Of a stretch of 64,000 bases of DNA, positions 55,566 to 64,000 are shown in pieces; the stretch's first letter is position 1, and every line of letters starts with the position of its first letter. The stretch lies in the IMG/VR virus record IMGVR_UViG_3300043470_000815. One strand, 5' to 3'. Made by a program: the position numbers and the translations under genes. The DNA comes from a virus. The notes beneath the pieces are model-generated. The model worked only from the letters and a program-made list of their open reading frames with translations. It did not search any database and was not told the origin of the DNA.

Positions 55566-57391
55566 CGTGAGCCTGAAAATATAAAGCCATTAATATTTGT
55601 TTCTAAATTGGAATAATTTATTCCGTTTCGATATTTAAATTTAAATTTTAGTTCTTCGGGATGTGATTGGTTATTTTTACCAAACAAGAATGAAATGGGT
55701 GTTAAAAAATAAATATGTCCAGCGTTAAATCCACTGGTTGTAGTTGCTTCTAATTTGATATTCCGTAATTTCCAATCCCCCCCATAAATATTAAAATAAA
55801 TTTTATTTAAGGTTGTTTGACCAGTCAAAAAATCGAATCGTTTGTTGCCATTACCACCATTGATAAATCCAATAATTCCATTGTTTTCACTGACCGATCC
55901 CGAAATTAAAATTTCTAACTTAGGTTTGGTAATGTCTGCATTAGAAATATATTCATAATCAAATGATAGTGTATATGCACCGTTTTTACTGTTTATAAAA
56001 TCATAACTTGCAGTTGTATAAAGTTTGATATACGATTCATTATTATGTATTTTAGTATGGTTTAAATGAATAATTCCCGTATTAGATGTACCATCGCGAA
56101 AATCAAAACTTGAACCTGTTATACCATTCCCAACAATGCTCGATGTCCAACTTGAAGAAACTGCCGTTGGGAAATCAGGCATTCCATAACGTCTAAATTG
56201 TAAATCATTTTCGATGACTTGAAAATCACCAGTATTAATCAATAAATCTTTGGGCGTAACGTTGATACTATTCAATGTTAGATACTCACCAATAAAATTA
56301 TACGGTTTATATAAAACATCAATATATTCAACATTACCCGCCACTGGTTCTAAATTAGAAATTTCGGTGTATAAAAAACTTTGAAAATCTGATGGATGTG
56401 TATTTGTTCCAACCACCCCACTATCCAAATAACTACATGTAAAATTACTAAAATTTGTTAAATCGGTTAATGTCAAATACGAATCTAATTGATATTTGAA
56501 ATTTGGATAAATATTTGCCCGTGTATCGTCTATTATTTTTACAATAGATGATGTATATACGCCAAATTGCAATTTATCGAGTGTGGGTATTGGTAAGGTA
56601 TCAATAAATCCGGGGAATTTGGTTCTAACATATTGATACAAATTAAATTCTAATATTCCACCAACCATTGATGAACTGAAAAAACTTTCATTAGTTTGAA
56701 CCGTGTCATAATTCAGCGTATTTACTGGAATTATTGGTCGGTTGGCTGCAAATGGTTGCGTTTCGACTATAAATAAATCAGAATCTAAACTACCCGTTAG
56801 CGTACTTGTGCCTAAATAATTTATAGACAATGGTTCGACATATTTATCGGATAATTTAAATAATGGAGTTGTACTTTCTGAATTATTTAAAATATTCAAA
56901 AATTGCGTAGTGCGTACTTTAGATGTTGATCTAGCAATAGTTTGTTCCTTTAACGGAAATAATTTTTCTTGAATCTTAACACGTGGTGAATCTTTGAAAA
57001 TTGGACGTTCGGTGGTTGGTTGATAAGAAAAATACTTTTCACTTTTCCATAAAACAGAACTGTTCAATTTTGTAGTACCCGCAATTAAGAACTGAATTTC
57101 ACCAAAAGGCATATCGGGATACAAATATAATACAATTAATCTTGCATTATTTTCATTTATAATATCCGTTATTTCAAAATATAAATTATTCCCATTTGTA
57201 TCTAAAATATCAATTTGTATTTGAGAATTTTTTAATAGATTGTCGGTTGGTTTAATTGTAAATGAATTTTTACCAATATAAAATTTTTCAGGTAAATCCA
57301 CCCTAAAGAAATCCTTAGACACTGGATTAGTATCAATAAATTGAAACTGTTTAGATTTAAGGTTATGGTTGGATGGTTTACGTTTTATCAT
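55562..57391 (-). CDS. putative virion structural protein
   Basis: F.V.LP..F..GKNSF..L..NSQIQID.LD.NG, SGS motifs. Confidence 0.55.
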   Translation of the reverse strand: MIKRKPSNHNLKSKQFQFIDTNPVSKDFFRVDLPEKFYIGKNSFTIKPTDNLLKNSQIQIDILDTNGNNLYFEITDIINENNARLIVLYLYPDMPFGEIQFLIAGTTKLNSSVLWKSEKYFSYQPTTERPIFKDSPRVKIQEKLFPLKEQTIARSTSKVRTTQFLNILNNSESTTPLFKLSDKYVEPLSINYLGTSTLTGSLDSDLFIVETQPFAANRPIIPVNTLNYDTVQTNESFFSSSMVGGILEFNLYQYVRTKFPGFIDTLPIPTLDKLQFGVYTSSIVKIIDDTRANIYPNFKYQLDSYLTLTDLTNFSNFTCSYLDSGVVGTNTHPSDFQSFLYTEISNLEPVAGNVEYIDVLYKPYNFIGEYLTLNSINVTPKDLLINTGDFQVIENDLQFRRYGMPDFPTAVSSSWTSSIVGNGITGSSFDFRDGTSNTGIIHLNHTKIHNNESYIKLYTTASYDFINSKNGAYTLSFDYEYISNADITKPKLEILISGSVSENNGIIGFINGGNGNKRFDFLTGQTTLNKIYFNIYGGDWKLRNIKLEATTTSGFNAGHIYFLTPISFLFGKNNQSHPEELKFKFKYRNGINYSNLETNINGFIFSGSR

Positions 57392-60300
57392 TTTTCTTCT
57401 ATTTGTATTGTAGAATATCCATTTATTTTTTGAACATTTATTCGTTTTTCAACCAAATCTTTCATTGATTCGATATGCGTTATGATTAATAAATAATTAT
57501 AACGTGTTTTCAAAAATTCAAACATTTTGCCCATTGACAACAAATTATCAGTATCCAACACACCAAATCCCTCATCAATTGCTAAAAATGATGGACGTGG
57601 TAAAGACGTTATTTCGGTCAGTGATGTTCTAAACGCCAAACTTAAAATAAATCGTTCCATGCCTGATGTCAGTTCAACTGGCCATGTTTGGTTATCGTTG
57701 TAATTAATAAACGCATGGATATATTTTTCTTCCGTACTTTCTAATTTGACCGTGAAATTAACGACCTGTGATAAAACTTGATTAACTTCAAATTCGATAA
57801 CTGGTAATATCTTTTCCAATATCAAATAAGGTATTCCATCCCGCCCAAGTGCTTGTGTATAAAGTTCATATATACGGTTATTTTTGATTAATAAATTGTA
57901 TTGTTGTATCTTGTTCTGAACTATGTCATATTCACTTTTTTGGCTGGATAATAGACCAAAAACAGACCGATATTCCGTTTGTAATTTATCAGATTGTTTT
58001 TCTAATACGGATAGGTCGGTTTTTAGTTTTTTGATGTCGGCTTCTATTTTCGCATTTTCAATAATAATTTTTTCGTTCGTGTAATAAGTTTCACGTTCGA
58101 TTTCCAAATGCTTAACTCGTTCCTGAATCGTTTGACCTTTGTACTTTATGGTTTTATTCTTTTCCTGACTTAACTGGATATTGGTTAAAATATTTTTATA
58201 TATTTGTACTTGTTTCTCCAGTTCCTTTTGGTCTGCTATTTTAGTTTCTAATTCATTGCGTTCAAATTTTAAATTAGATAACCTATCTACCAATTCAATT
58301 ATAACCACTTCAATATTTGGAATTAATTCAATACTTTTTTTGGCATCAATAACAAATTCATTATTACAGCAAAACTTACAATTTGGATCGTATTCATGTG
58401 AATTTAAATGACTTACTTTTTGATTATGTGTTTCTAATAAACTATTGGATTCAAATAATTTACGTTCACATTTTGCAATTTCCCCCTTAATATCTGCCAA
58501 CCGATTGTCTAATGCTTTATCATAAACAAACCCATCAATATCAGTTCTATCCTTGATTTCATTTTCATATTTATTTAATTGCTCTTTATTGTTTGTTAAA
58601 TCATTTGCTAAACCTTGTAATTCGGCTTTACAATTTTTTATCTGCAATTCAACATTTTTAATATCAATTGTATTGGTTAATACGTTAAATTGCTTATTTA
58701 AACTTGATATTTGATTATTTAAAGTTTTAATTTGATCTTTACATATATCAATTTCTGAATTAATATCACTAACCTTTACTTGGTTTTCATTGATCTGATT
58801 ATTCAAATATGAACTTTTGTCATATAAATTTTCACGTTCGTTTTCGCGAATTAATGCCTGTTGTTCCTTGGTTGTATCTTTGACCAATTTATATAAATCG
58901 TCGTAAATACTAATATCTAAAAATTTATATAAAAGTTCTTTACGTTCCCTTTGCGTTTTATCCACAAATGATTGATTATCATATTGTGTTGATAATGCAG
59001 TGATTATGAAATCATCATAAGTGCCTAAATATTCACGAATGACTTTATTCGTTTGATCCCTATCATCCCCGTTTAATGATAATAATTCACCATTTTCGTC
59101 CAATGTCCAAAAGTTAACATCGACCCTAACAGTATTATTTTTTTGATTCTTTACACCAATTCGCTCGATGAAAAATTGTTGTCCATTAAATTCAAAAGAA
59201 AACTTGCAATAAAATTCATTTTTAGTATTATTTAAAATATGAATTGCCTTAGAAACGCGTGGTGATTTATCGTAAATTACGAAGCATAATATTTCCAAAA
59301 ACGCACTTTTACCTTCAAAGTTTTTAGCCGAAATACTGTAACTTCCATTTAGATCGGTAAAATCAAATGTATTATTTTCACCATAAGAAAACATATTAGA
59401 AAATTCTAATACCAAAGGTTTCCATGTGATATTTCTGAATATATTAGTTGACTGAAAAGTTTTATTATATTGGACATTAATAGATTTAATTTCGTTTATA
59501 ATATCAATGTCAATACTTTGTCCTGTTAAATATTCTTCTAATAATTGATTTTGATAATCTACATTTCTGCTATTCCCAAGTTGTAATGGGTTGGTCAGTG
59601 TGGAATTTATGGGGGTTGATTTATATTTAATTAATTCTACAATAGAATAGCGTTTTGAAAACAATTCCATTGCTTCATTGACAGTTTCTAATTTAGAATT
59701 TTCATATTTTACCCTCAACCGAACTTTCTTTGGTAAATTCTTTGGAATAAAAAATTTATCATTTTCAATGTTCAATGTATAATAACAAAAATCATTTTCA
59801 ATTTCTACAAATTCAGATGTTCGATTTTTTACATCAAATACTAAAACGCCGTGATTGGTTGGTGATTCACCATAGGATTGGCAGATTAAAGAACCGGGAT
59901 ACTTTGCTAATGGATATTTTTCACCGTCCACCACGTGATATTCTTGAACCAATTGATTCGATATATGAATATCACCAAGCATAACCATATCAAACCCTTT
60001 AAATTGTCCGATATTAACCGTCCTACCACCCTCCTGTAAATATTGATTATTGTAACTATTTGACAAAACAGGGCCGTGAAACAATGCAATTTTAGTTTTT
60101 GCTTTTATTTTATCAGCCGTTATCCATTCATCGGGTGAACCCCATAATGAAAAATTAGACCAAACAATTCCACCTAACCGATAAATACCCGACTTTTTCC
60201 AAAAATGTAAATTTGGATGATTTAGGGAATCTACAATGGGTGTTAGTGCGTCTAATCTTTGTGCATTTGGACTAAAATCATGGTTGCCCAACATTAGGAT

Positions 60301-60537
60301 GGTTGGACAACGATCCGCACATTCCTTTAAAAAATTCGACGACATTTGAATTAATTCAGGTGTCATTTCGATTTTATTATGAACCAAGTCTCCACCCAAC
60401 ACAATTATCGTTTCATCATCTTTAACTGAATCTACAAATTTATAAAATCGTTTGAATACTTGTTCATATTCTGCATGTCGTTTGAATAATCGCAGATGTT
60501 GGTCACTACAAAGAATAATCTTATTTATTTGCATCAA
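57388..60537 (-). CDS. Mre11-Rad50 (SbcD-SbcC, gp47-gp46) fusion nuclease/ATPase
   Basis: SDQH, GGDLVH, GNHD, GDIH; N..GKS; CKFC hook; SGME signature; AIDEGFG; ITH. Confidence 0.92.
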   Translation of the reverse strand: MMQINKIILCSDQHLRLFKRHAEYEQVFKRFYKFVDSVKDDETIIVLGGDLVHNKIEMTPELIQMSSNFLKECADRCPTILMLGNHDFSPNAQRLDALTPIVDSLNHPNLHFWKKSGIYRLGGIVWSNFSLWGSPDEWITADKIKAKTKIALFHGPVLSNSYNNQYLQEGGRTVNIGQFKGFDMVMLGDIHISNQLVQEYHVVDGEKYPLAKYPGSLICQSYGESPTNHGVLVFDVKNRTSEFVEIENDFCYYTLNIENDKFFIPKNLPKKVRLRVKYENSKLETVNEAMELFSKRYSIVELIKYKSTPINSTLTNPLQLGNSRNVDYQNQLLEEYLTGQSIDIDIINEIKSINVQYNKTFQSTNIFRNITWKPLVLEFSNMFSYGENNTFDFTDLNGSYSISAKNFEGKSAFLEILCFVIYDKSPRVSKAIHILNNTKNEFYCKFSFEFNGQQFFIERIGVKNQKNNTVRVDVNFWTLDENGELLSLNGDDRDQTNKVIREYLGTYDDFIITALSTQYDNQSFVDKTQRERKELLYKFLDISIYDDLYKLVKDTTKEQQALIRENERENLYDKSSYLNNQINENQVKVSDINSEIDICKDQIKTLNNQISSLNKQFNVLTNTIDIKNVELQIKNCKAELQGLANDLTNNKEQLNKYENEIKDRTDIDGFVYDKALDNRLADIKGEIAKCERKLFESNSLLETHNQKVSHLNSHEYDPNCKFCCNNEFVIDAKKSIELIPNIEVVIIELVDRLSNLKFERNELETKIADQKELEKQVQIYKNILTNIQLSQEKNKTIKYKGQTIQERVKHLEIERETYYTNEKIIIENAKIEADIKKLKTDLSVLEKQSDKLQTEYRSVFGLLSSQKSEYDIVQNKIQQYNLLIKNNRIYELYTQALGRDGIPYLILEKILPVIEFEVNQVLSQVVNFTVKLESTEEKYIHAFINYNDNQTWPVELTSGMERFILSLAFRTSLTEITSLPRPSFLAIDEGFGVLDTDNLLSMGKMFEFLKTRYNYLLIITHIESMKDLVEKRINVQKINGYSTIQIEEK

Positions 60538-60712
60538 TAAGTGCTTGATATTTTTGTTTTACTTGATTAATTTCTTGTTCCATACGGTCGTCAAAACTTT
60601 TAGTTAGGACGGGATCGTTAATTACAAAACTAAACCAATACGCTTCTTCAATATTGGCAATTTCATCGTTCATTTTTAGTTTATAATACAGTCTCTTTAA
60701 TCTTTTTATCAT
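60521..60712 (-). CDS. small hypothetical protein (tandem paralog 1)
   Basis: MIKRLK.LY...M..EI...EI..VK.KY. Confidence 0.6.
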   Translation of the reverse strand: MIKRLKRLYYKLKMNDEIANIEEAYWFSFVINDPVLTKSFDDRMEQEINQVKQKYQALIDANK

Positions 60713-60881
60713 TGTATTTTTTCTTTATGGCTTCTATTTCTTCGTCTTGCATTAATATTAAAGACATTAGTTCACTAAAGTCGTTCATATATGTAGCCGC
60801 AAACGTATATTTTCGTTTCATTTCTTTAATTTCGGAACGCATTTGATAATCTAAATACCAATTTTTTATTTTTTTAATCAT
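60681..60881 (-). CDS. small hypothetical protein (tandem paralog 2)
   Basis: MIKKIK.WY...M..EI...EI..IK.KY. Confidence 0.6.
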   Translation of the reverse strand: MIKKIKNWYLDYQMRSEIKEMKRKYTFAATYMNDFSELMSLILMQDEEIEAIKKKYNDKKIKETVL

Positions 60882-60889
60882 TTTATAAT

Positions 60890-61804
60890 TTAACTAAATT
60901 TATTAAATAATTTGTGTTTAAATGTGTCGTTTGTTGCAAGTGGTTTTGAACTTTCAATATATTCCCAAACCTTTTTAAATCCTAACGAGGTTGGGTCTTG
61001 GTCGGTTGGCAATTTTACGTGATAAACAGTTTTACCATTTTGTATGAAATATTCCGCTAAATTAAATATATCATTTTCAGCATCACCATCCAAACAGATA
61101 AAAATATTTCGTAATGGACTTTCAACAATTTGTTGTTTTAATCTATTGCTTGGTGTTTTACCATACAAAGGAATAGCGTTCCTACGAATGATAATAGCAT
61201 CAATTTTTGATTCACATAACACAATGTCTTCATCCCAATTTATCAACCAATCATCACCTATAATATTTTTATCGGTTTTTGGAAGAAGGTGCTGTAATTT
61301 TTTTGAAGGCTCATATGCACGTCCGTAATAAAAATTCAATTTACCATCACGGTCATAATTTGGAAAATAAATGTAGCCATTTTCCGAATATCCAATTTTA
61401 TGTTTAATGATGTCCTTAATTGTAATACCACGCGATATTGTGTATTTTAAGGCTTTTTTGTAGATTATACTGTCTTTATTTGGCTTGGATAACTGTTTGA
61501 AATTGGTTGGTAATTTTAACTCTACTACTGGTTCAGGTTCAATTATAGGATTTTCATTTTCTTTCCATAATTCCTTTGCCAATAGTTGCTTGGATTTTTC
61601 TACATTTAATCTAAAAAATAAAGCCCCGATGGTGGGGCCTTTCACGTTTGTACATACCCAACACTTCCAATTTCCATTATTTAATGAAATGCCTAATTTC
61701 GGGCCGTTTTTGCCTTGGTGGAATGGACAATTGAATTGGTAATAGTCACGATTTTTTTTGAATCCTTTACCTAATACAGTTTCTAGTAAATGTAATTTAT
61801 TCAT
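60890..61804 (-). CDS. DNA primase (Zn-binding + TOPRIM)
   Basis: CPFH, WKCWVC, GRA, VLCES.IDA, ICLDGDA, DQDP. Confidence 0.9.
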   Translation of the reverse strand: MNKLHLLETVLGKGFKKNRDYYQFNCPFHQGKNGPKLGISLNNGNWKCWVCTNVKGPTIGALFFRLNVEKSKQLLAKELWKENENPIIEPEPVVELKLPTNFKQLSKPNKDSIIYKKALKYTISRGITIKDIIKHKIGYSENGYIYFPNYDRDGKLNFYYGRAYEPSKKLQHLLPKTDKNIIGDDWLINWDEDIVLCESKIDAIIIRRNAIPLYGKTPSNRLKQQIVESPLRNIFICLDGDAENDIFNLAEYFIQNGKTVYHVKLPTDQDPTSLGFKKVWEYIESSKPLATNDTFKHKLFNKFS

Positions 61805-61808
61805 ATTG

Positions 61809-61859
61809 ACAATATAGGTACATTTTACTAGATTATCAAATGATTAACTATTTGTTAAC
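61809..61859 (-). promoter_or_regulatory. GTTAA-N6-GTTAA class promoter for primase
   Basis: GTTAA-N6-GTTAA-N3-TTTG-N20-TATATTGT; ATG 4 nt downstream. Confidence 0.7.
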
Positions 61860-61881
61860 ATTAAATTTTAAATCTCAAATT

Positions 61882-62307
61882 TCATACAATGTCACTTACT
61901 TTTTTATTAGACCACATTTTACATGACCAGTAGCCGGGCGTGGTTTTATCTTTTTTCTGATCGCACTTATGTCGGGATCGGAAATTTGCTTTATTTTTAG
62001 GATTGTCCCGTTTTATTTCCATGTTTTTATCACCAAAATTAACTTTAATAACGTTTTGGGTGGAAGGGTCTTTAACATAGACTTTATACTTTTTCACATC
62101 ACCTTGCATTGGTTTACTTAATTTAACAGTACGACCATTATATTCAGATTCGGTTACAACTGAATTTCGTTCACGTAAAATATATTCCATCATTTTTTTG
62201 ACAGAACTTGGAGAATTTAGTGTAATTTCCTTTACACAATTCGGCACTTTACGACCGTTTTTCTTTTTCATTCCGTATTGTTTATATCCAACCCAACATG
62301 GTTTCAT
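61882..62307 (-). CDS. hypothetical phage protein (CW.GY..GMKKK.G..VPNCV module)
   Basis: KPCWVGYKQYGMKKKNGRKVPNCV; EY.GR.VKL.KP; FG......F..RH.C...YWSC. Confidence 0.75.
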   Translation of the reverse strand: MKPCWVGYKQYGMKKKNGRKVPNCVKEITLNSPSSVKKMMEYILRERNSVVTESEYNGRTVKLSKPMQGDVKKYKVYVKDPSTQNVIKVNFGDKNMEIKRDNPKNKANFRSRHKCDQKKDKTTPGYWSCKMWSNKKVSDIV

Positions 62308-62334
62308 AATTTTGTAATTTTACCCTTATTAACT

Positions 62335-62739
62335 TTACATATTAGCAATTTTTCTATCCATTTCATCTGCCGCAATTAACGCCATACGTTCAATGTCATC
62401 TACCTTCAATTTCATCTGTTCCGCACCAGTCTGCCAATATTTACGAAAATCATTGTTGTTTTTATTTACAAGTGATCTTGCTTTATTCTGTAACCCTGTC
62501 ATATAACTAAAAAATTCTTCTTTATTGGATAATCTATATTTTGCCAAAAATTCTTTTGCTATTGTTGCATTTTGATTTATATAATCAAAGGCTTTTATTT
62601 GAACCATTTTTCTATTAGACATACTTCCAGCAATTGAAAATAAGTTTTGTATCATATCATCAACTGATTTAGTTGGTTTTATATCACCAAAATCCAATAT
62701 ATTATTATTTAATTCATTTAAAATTCGTCGTAATTTCAT
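62335..62739 (-). CDS. protein with MKLRRILNE leader
   Basis: Shared leader motif. Confidence 0.65.
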   Translation of the reverse strand: MKLRRILNELNNNILDFGDIKPTKSVDDMIQNLFSIAGSMSNRKMVQIKAFDYINQNATIAKEFLAKYRLSNKEEFFSYMTGLQNKARSLVNKNNNDFRKYWQTGAEQMKLKVDDIERMALIAADEMDRKIANM

Positions 62740-63175
62740 TTTTAATTTTACCCTTATAAAATTTTGTATTTGCTATGTGTTTGTTGTAAGAATCTACAAA
62801 TAAAACATCGAATTTTATCTGAAAATACATTTCGTAAAAACTGACATCCGTTTTATTATCCAAAAATAACAAAATTTCACGTGAAAAGTTTTCTTGCCCC
62901 AACAATTTTATATCGGCTTTCAAATCGTCACTGCTACCCCAATACGTTTTCCAATCCGTTTCTTTAACGGATCGTTTAAAAGTTTTACGTTTGTTTTCGG
63001 GTAGAAGTTTTTCTTTTTTTGTTAGCCGAACTTTACGGTTGCTGGATAACATTTTACGCCCGATGTAAATTTTATTATACTGCTCTAAATCTTTATTAGT
63101 GCAAGTAATTTTGTAAATATACCCAATGGCGGTTTCAGGTATTTCAAAATCTTGGTTATTTTGGTATGTCCACAT
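62714..63175 (-). CDS. GIY-YIG-like endonuclease
   Basis: GYIYKIT, KIYIGRK, WKTYWGSS, F.REIL. Confidence 0.8.
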   Translation of the reverse strand: MWTYQNNQDFEIPETAIGYIYKITCTNKDLEQYNKIYIGRKMLSSNRKVRLTKKEKLLPENKRKTFKRSVKETDWKTYWGSSDDLKADIKLLGQENFSREILLFLDNKTDVSFYEMYFQIKFDVLFVDSYNKHIANTKFYKGKIKNEITTNFK

Positions 63176-63684
63176 TATTTAATAGAAATATTTGGTTCAA
63201 ATTTAGAAACTACTCCACCCGACACAGTATAATTTACACGTGATCCGTACTTTCTTGCAAATTTATCAATATATGCTCGGTATAATTTATCACGTTTATT
63301 TACAGTTTCATCACCTTTTTCTTCACTACTTTCGGATTTAGGGTTAAATTTTATATAAACTAATTCAATTTCGCCAAATTTATCTTTATATCTTTTTAAC
63401 CATTCTTCCAAACACCCAACCACGTATGACATAGTTTTAATGGCTTGACCTCTGTTTGTCATTACAGCATCTTTATCATTATTTGCAAAAAAATCTACGA
63501 CAATTGCTACACGTTTACCACTGTCCATTGCGATTTCGTTATATGCAAATTTAATAAATATTTTGTATTTGTCTCCAAGAAAGTTAAAACTAACCGTTCC
63601 TTCGTATTTATCCATTTTAAACGAAGCGGCTGGTGGGATAGCAGAACTATCACCAATTTCTAATAATATATTTCTTAATTTCAT
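63175..63684 (-). CDS. protein with MKLRNILLE leader
   Basis: Shared leader; RDKLY.AYI motif. Confidence 0.65.
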   Translation of the reverse strand: MKLRNILLEIGDSSAIPPAASFKMDKYEGTVSFNFLGDKYKIFIKFAYNEIAMDSGKRVAIVVDFFANNDKDAVMTNRGQAIKTMSYVVGCLEEWLKRYKDKFGEIELVYIKFNPKSESSEEKGDETVNKRDKLYRAYIDKFARKYGSRVNYTVSGGVVSKFEPNISIK

Positions 63685-63998
63685 TATTTTCCACTAAGTT
63701 GTTTTTGAACTGTATGAAATGCCTTTATAGCATCTTCCATTTTCAAATGTATTCGGATAACGTCAATAGGTGCATTTTTATCTAAATATTCCTGTGCTTC
63801 TTTTCGGTGATGTCCGTCAACGATATGATTGTCCGATGAAATGAAAACTGGAGTAAGTTTTTTACCATTTTCCTGTACATCTTTCGCAATACCTTTAACC
63901 TTTTCGGGATAAACTTCATGCTGCGATTTATGCAGTTTGGTTGGTAATATTTTTTCTTTAGTAACTTTTATATCCAAATCTTTTAACGCTTGAACTGC
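63684..63998 (-). CDS. ParB/Srx-like domain protein (5'-partial, runs off the window)
   Basis: L..SQ.EV..EKV, P.FIS.D..IVDGHHR; frame open to the window edge. Confidence 0.75.
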   Translation of the reverse strand, partial: AVQALKDLDIKVTKEKILPTKLHKSQHEVYPEKVKGIAKDVQENGKKLTPVFISSDNHIVDGHHRKEAQEYLDKNAPIDVIRIHLKMEDAIKAFHTVQKQLSGK

Positions 63999-64000
63999 AT

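Noticed and set aside
1-64000. Genome-wide TAG recoding (code 15)
   Set aside because: Long genes are intact under code 11 and TAG ends the sheath, 31776 and 43009 genes at sensible points; only one internal TAG was found.
1-64000. CRISPR array, tRNA, tmRNA, rRNA, integrase or IS element
   Set aside because: No spaced repeat array, cloverleaf, or recombinase/transposase motif was recognised by eye.

Overview
A 64-kb fragment of a large, AT-rich, T4-like (contractile-tailed) dsDNA phage. The host is most likely in the Bacteroidota, given repeated TAnnTTTG -7 promoters and a phage bS21. Almost all genes are on the minus strand. From left to right: a replication cluster (5'-3' exonuclease, DEDDh exonuclease, gp32-like SSB, short PolA), baseplate and tape-measure genes, an oppositely oriented island of small early genes (14.9-20.4 kb, including a TIR protein and a candidate structured ncRNA), HU, holins, tail tube/sheath, neck, tail-fibre-like genes, PhoH, a Hef-like endonuclease, major capsid, scaffold, bS21, prohead protease, portal, terminase, a cytidyltransferase fusion, an Mre11-Rad50 fusion, primase, a GIY-YIG protein and a partial ParB-like ORF. 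Most notable: (1) the large terminase is fractured into two genes by a free-standing endonuclease inserted inside an intein, leaving an atypically split intein (32 aa + 105 aa) that should trans-splice at the Walker B motif, and its N-half appears to start at ATT; (2) a promoter-led, ORF-free, hairpin- and pseudoknot-rich ~420-nt candidate ncRNA; (3) at least 11 unrelated proteins (including an ADP-ribosyltransferase-like protein and a SprT protease) share an N-terminal basic leader ending in (I/L)LxE, suggesting a capsid-targeting and protease-release system; (4) ten promoters share a fixed-geometry GTTAA-N6-GTTAA box; (5) bS21 co-occurs with Shine-Dalgarno motifs on late genes. All functional calls come from motif recognition by eye; no database searches were run.
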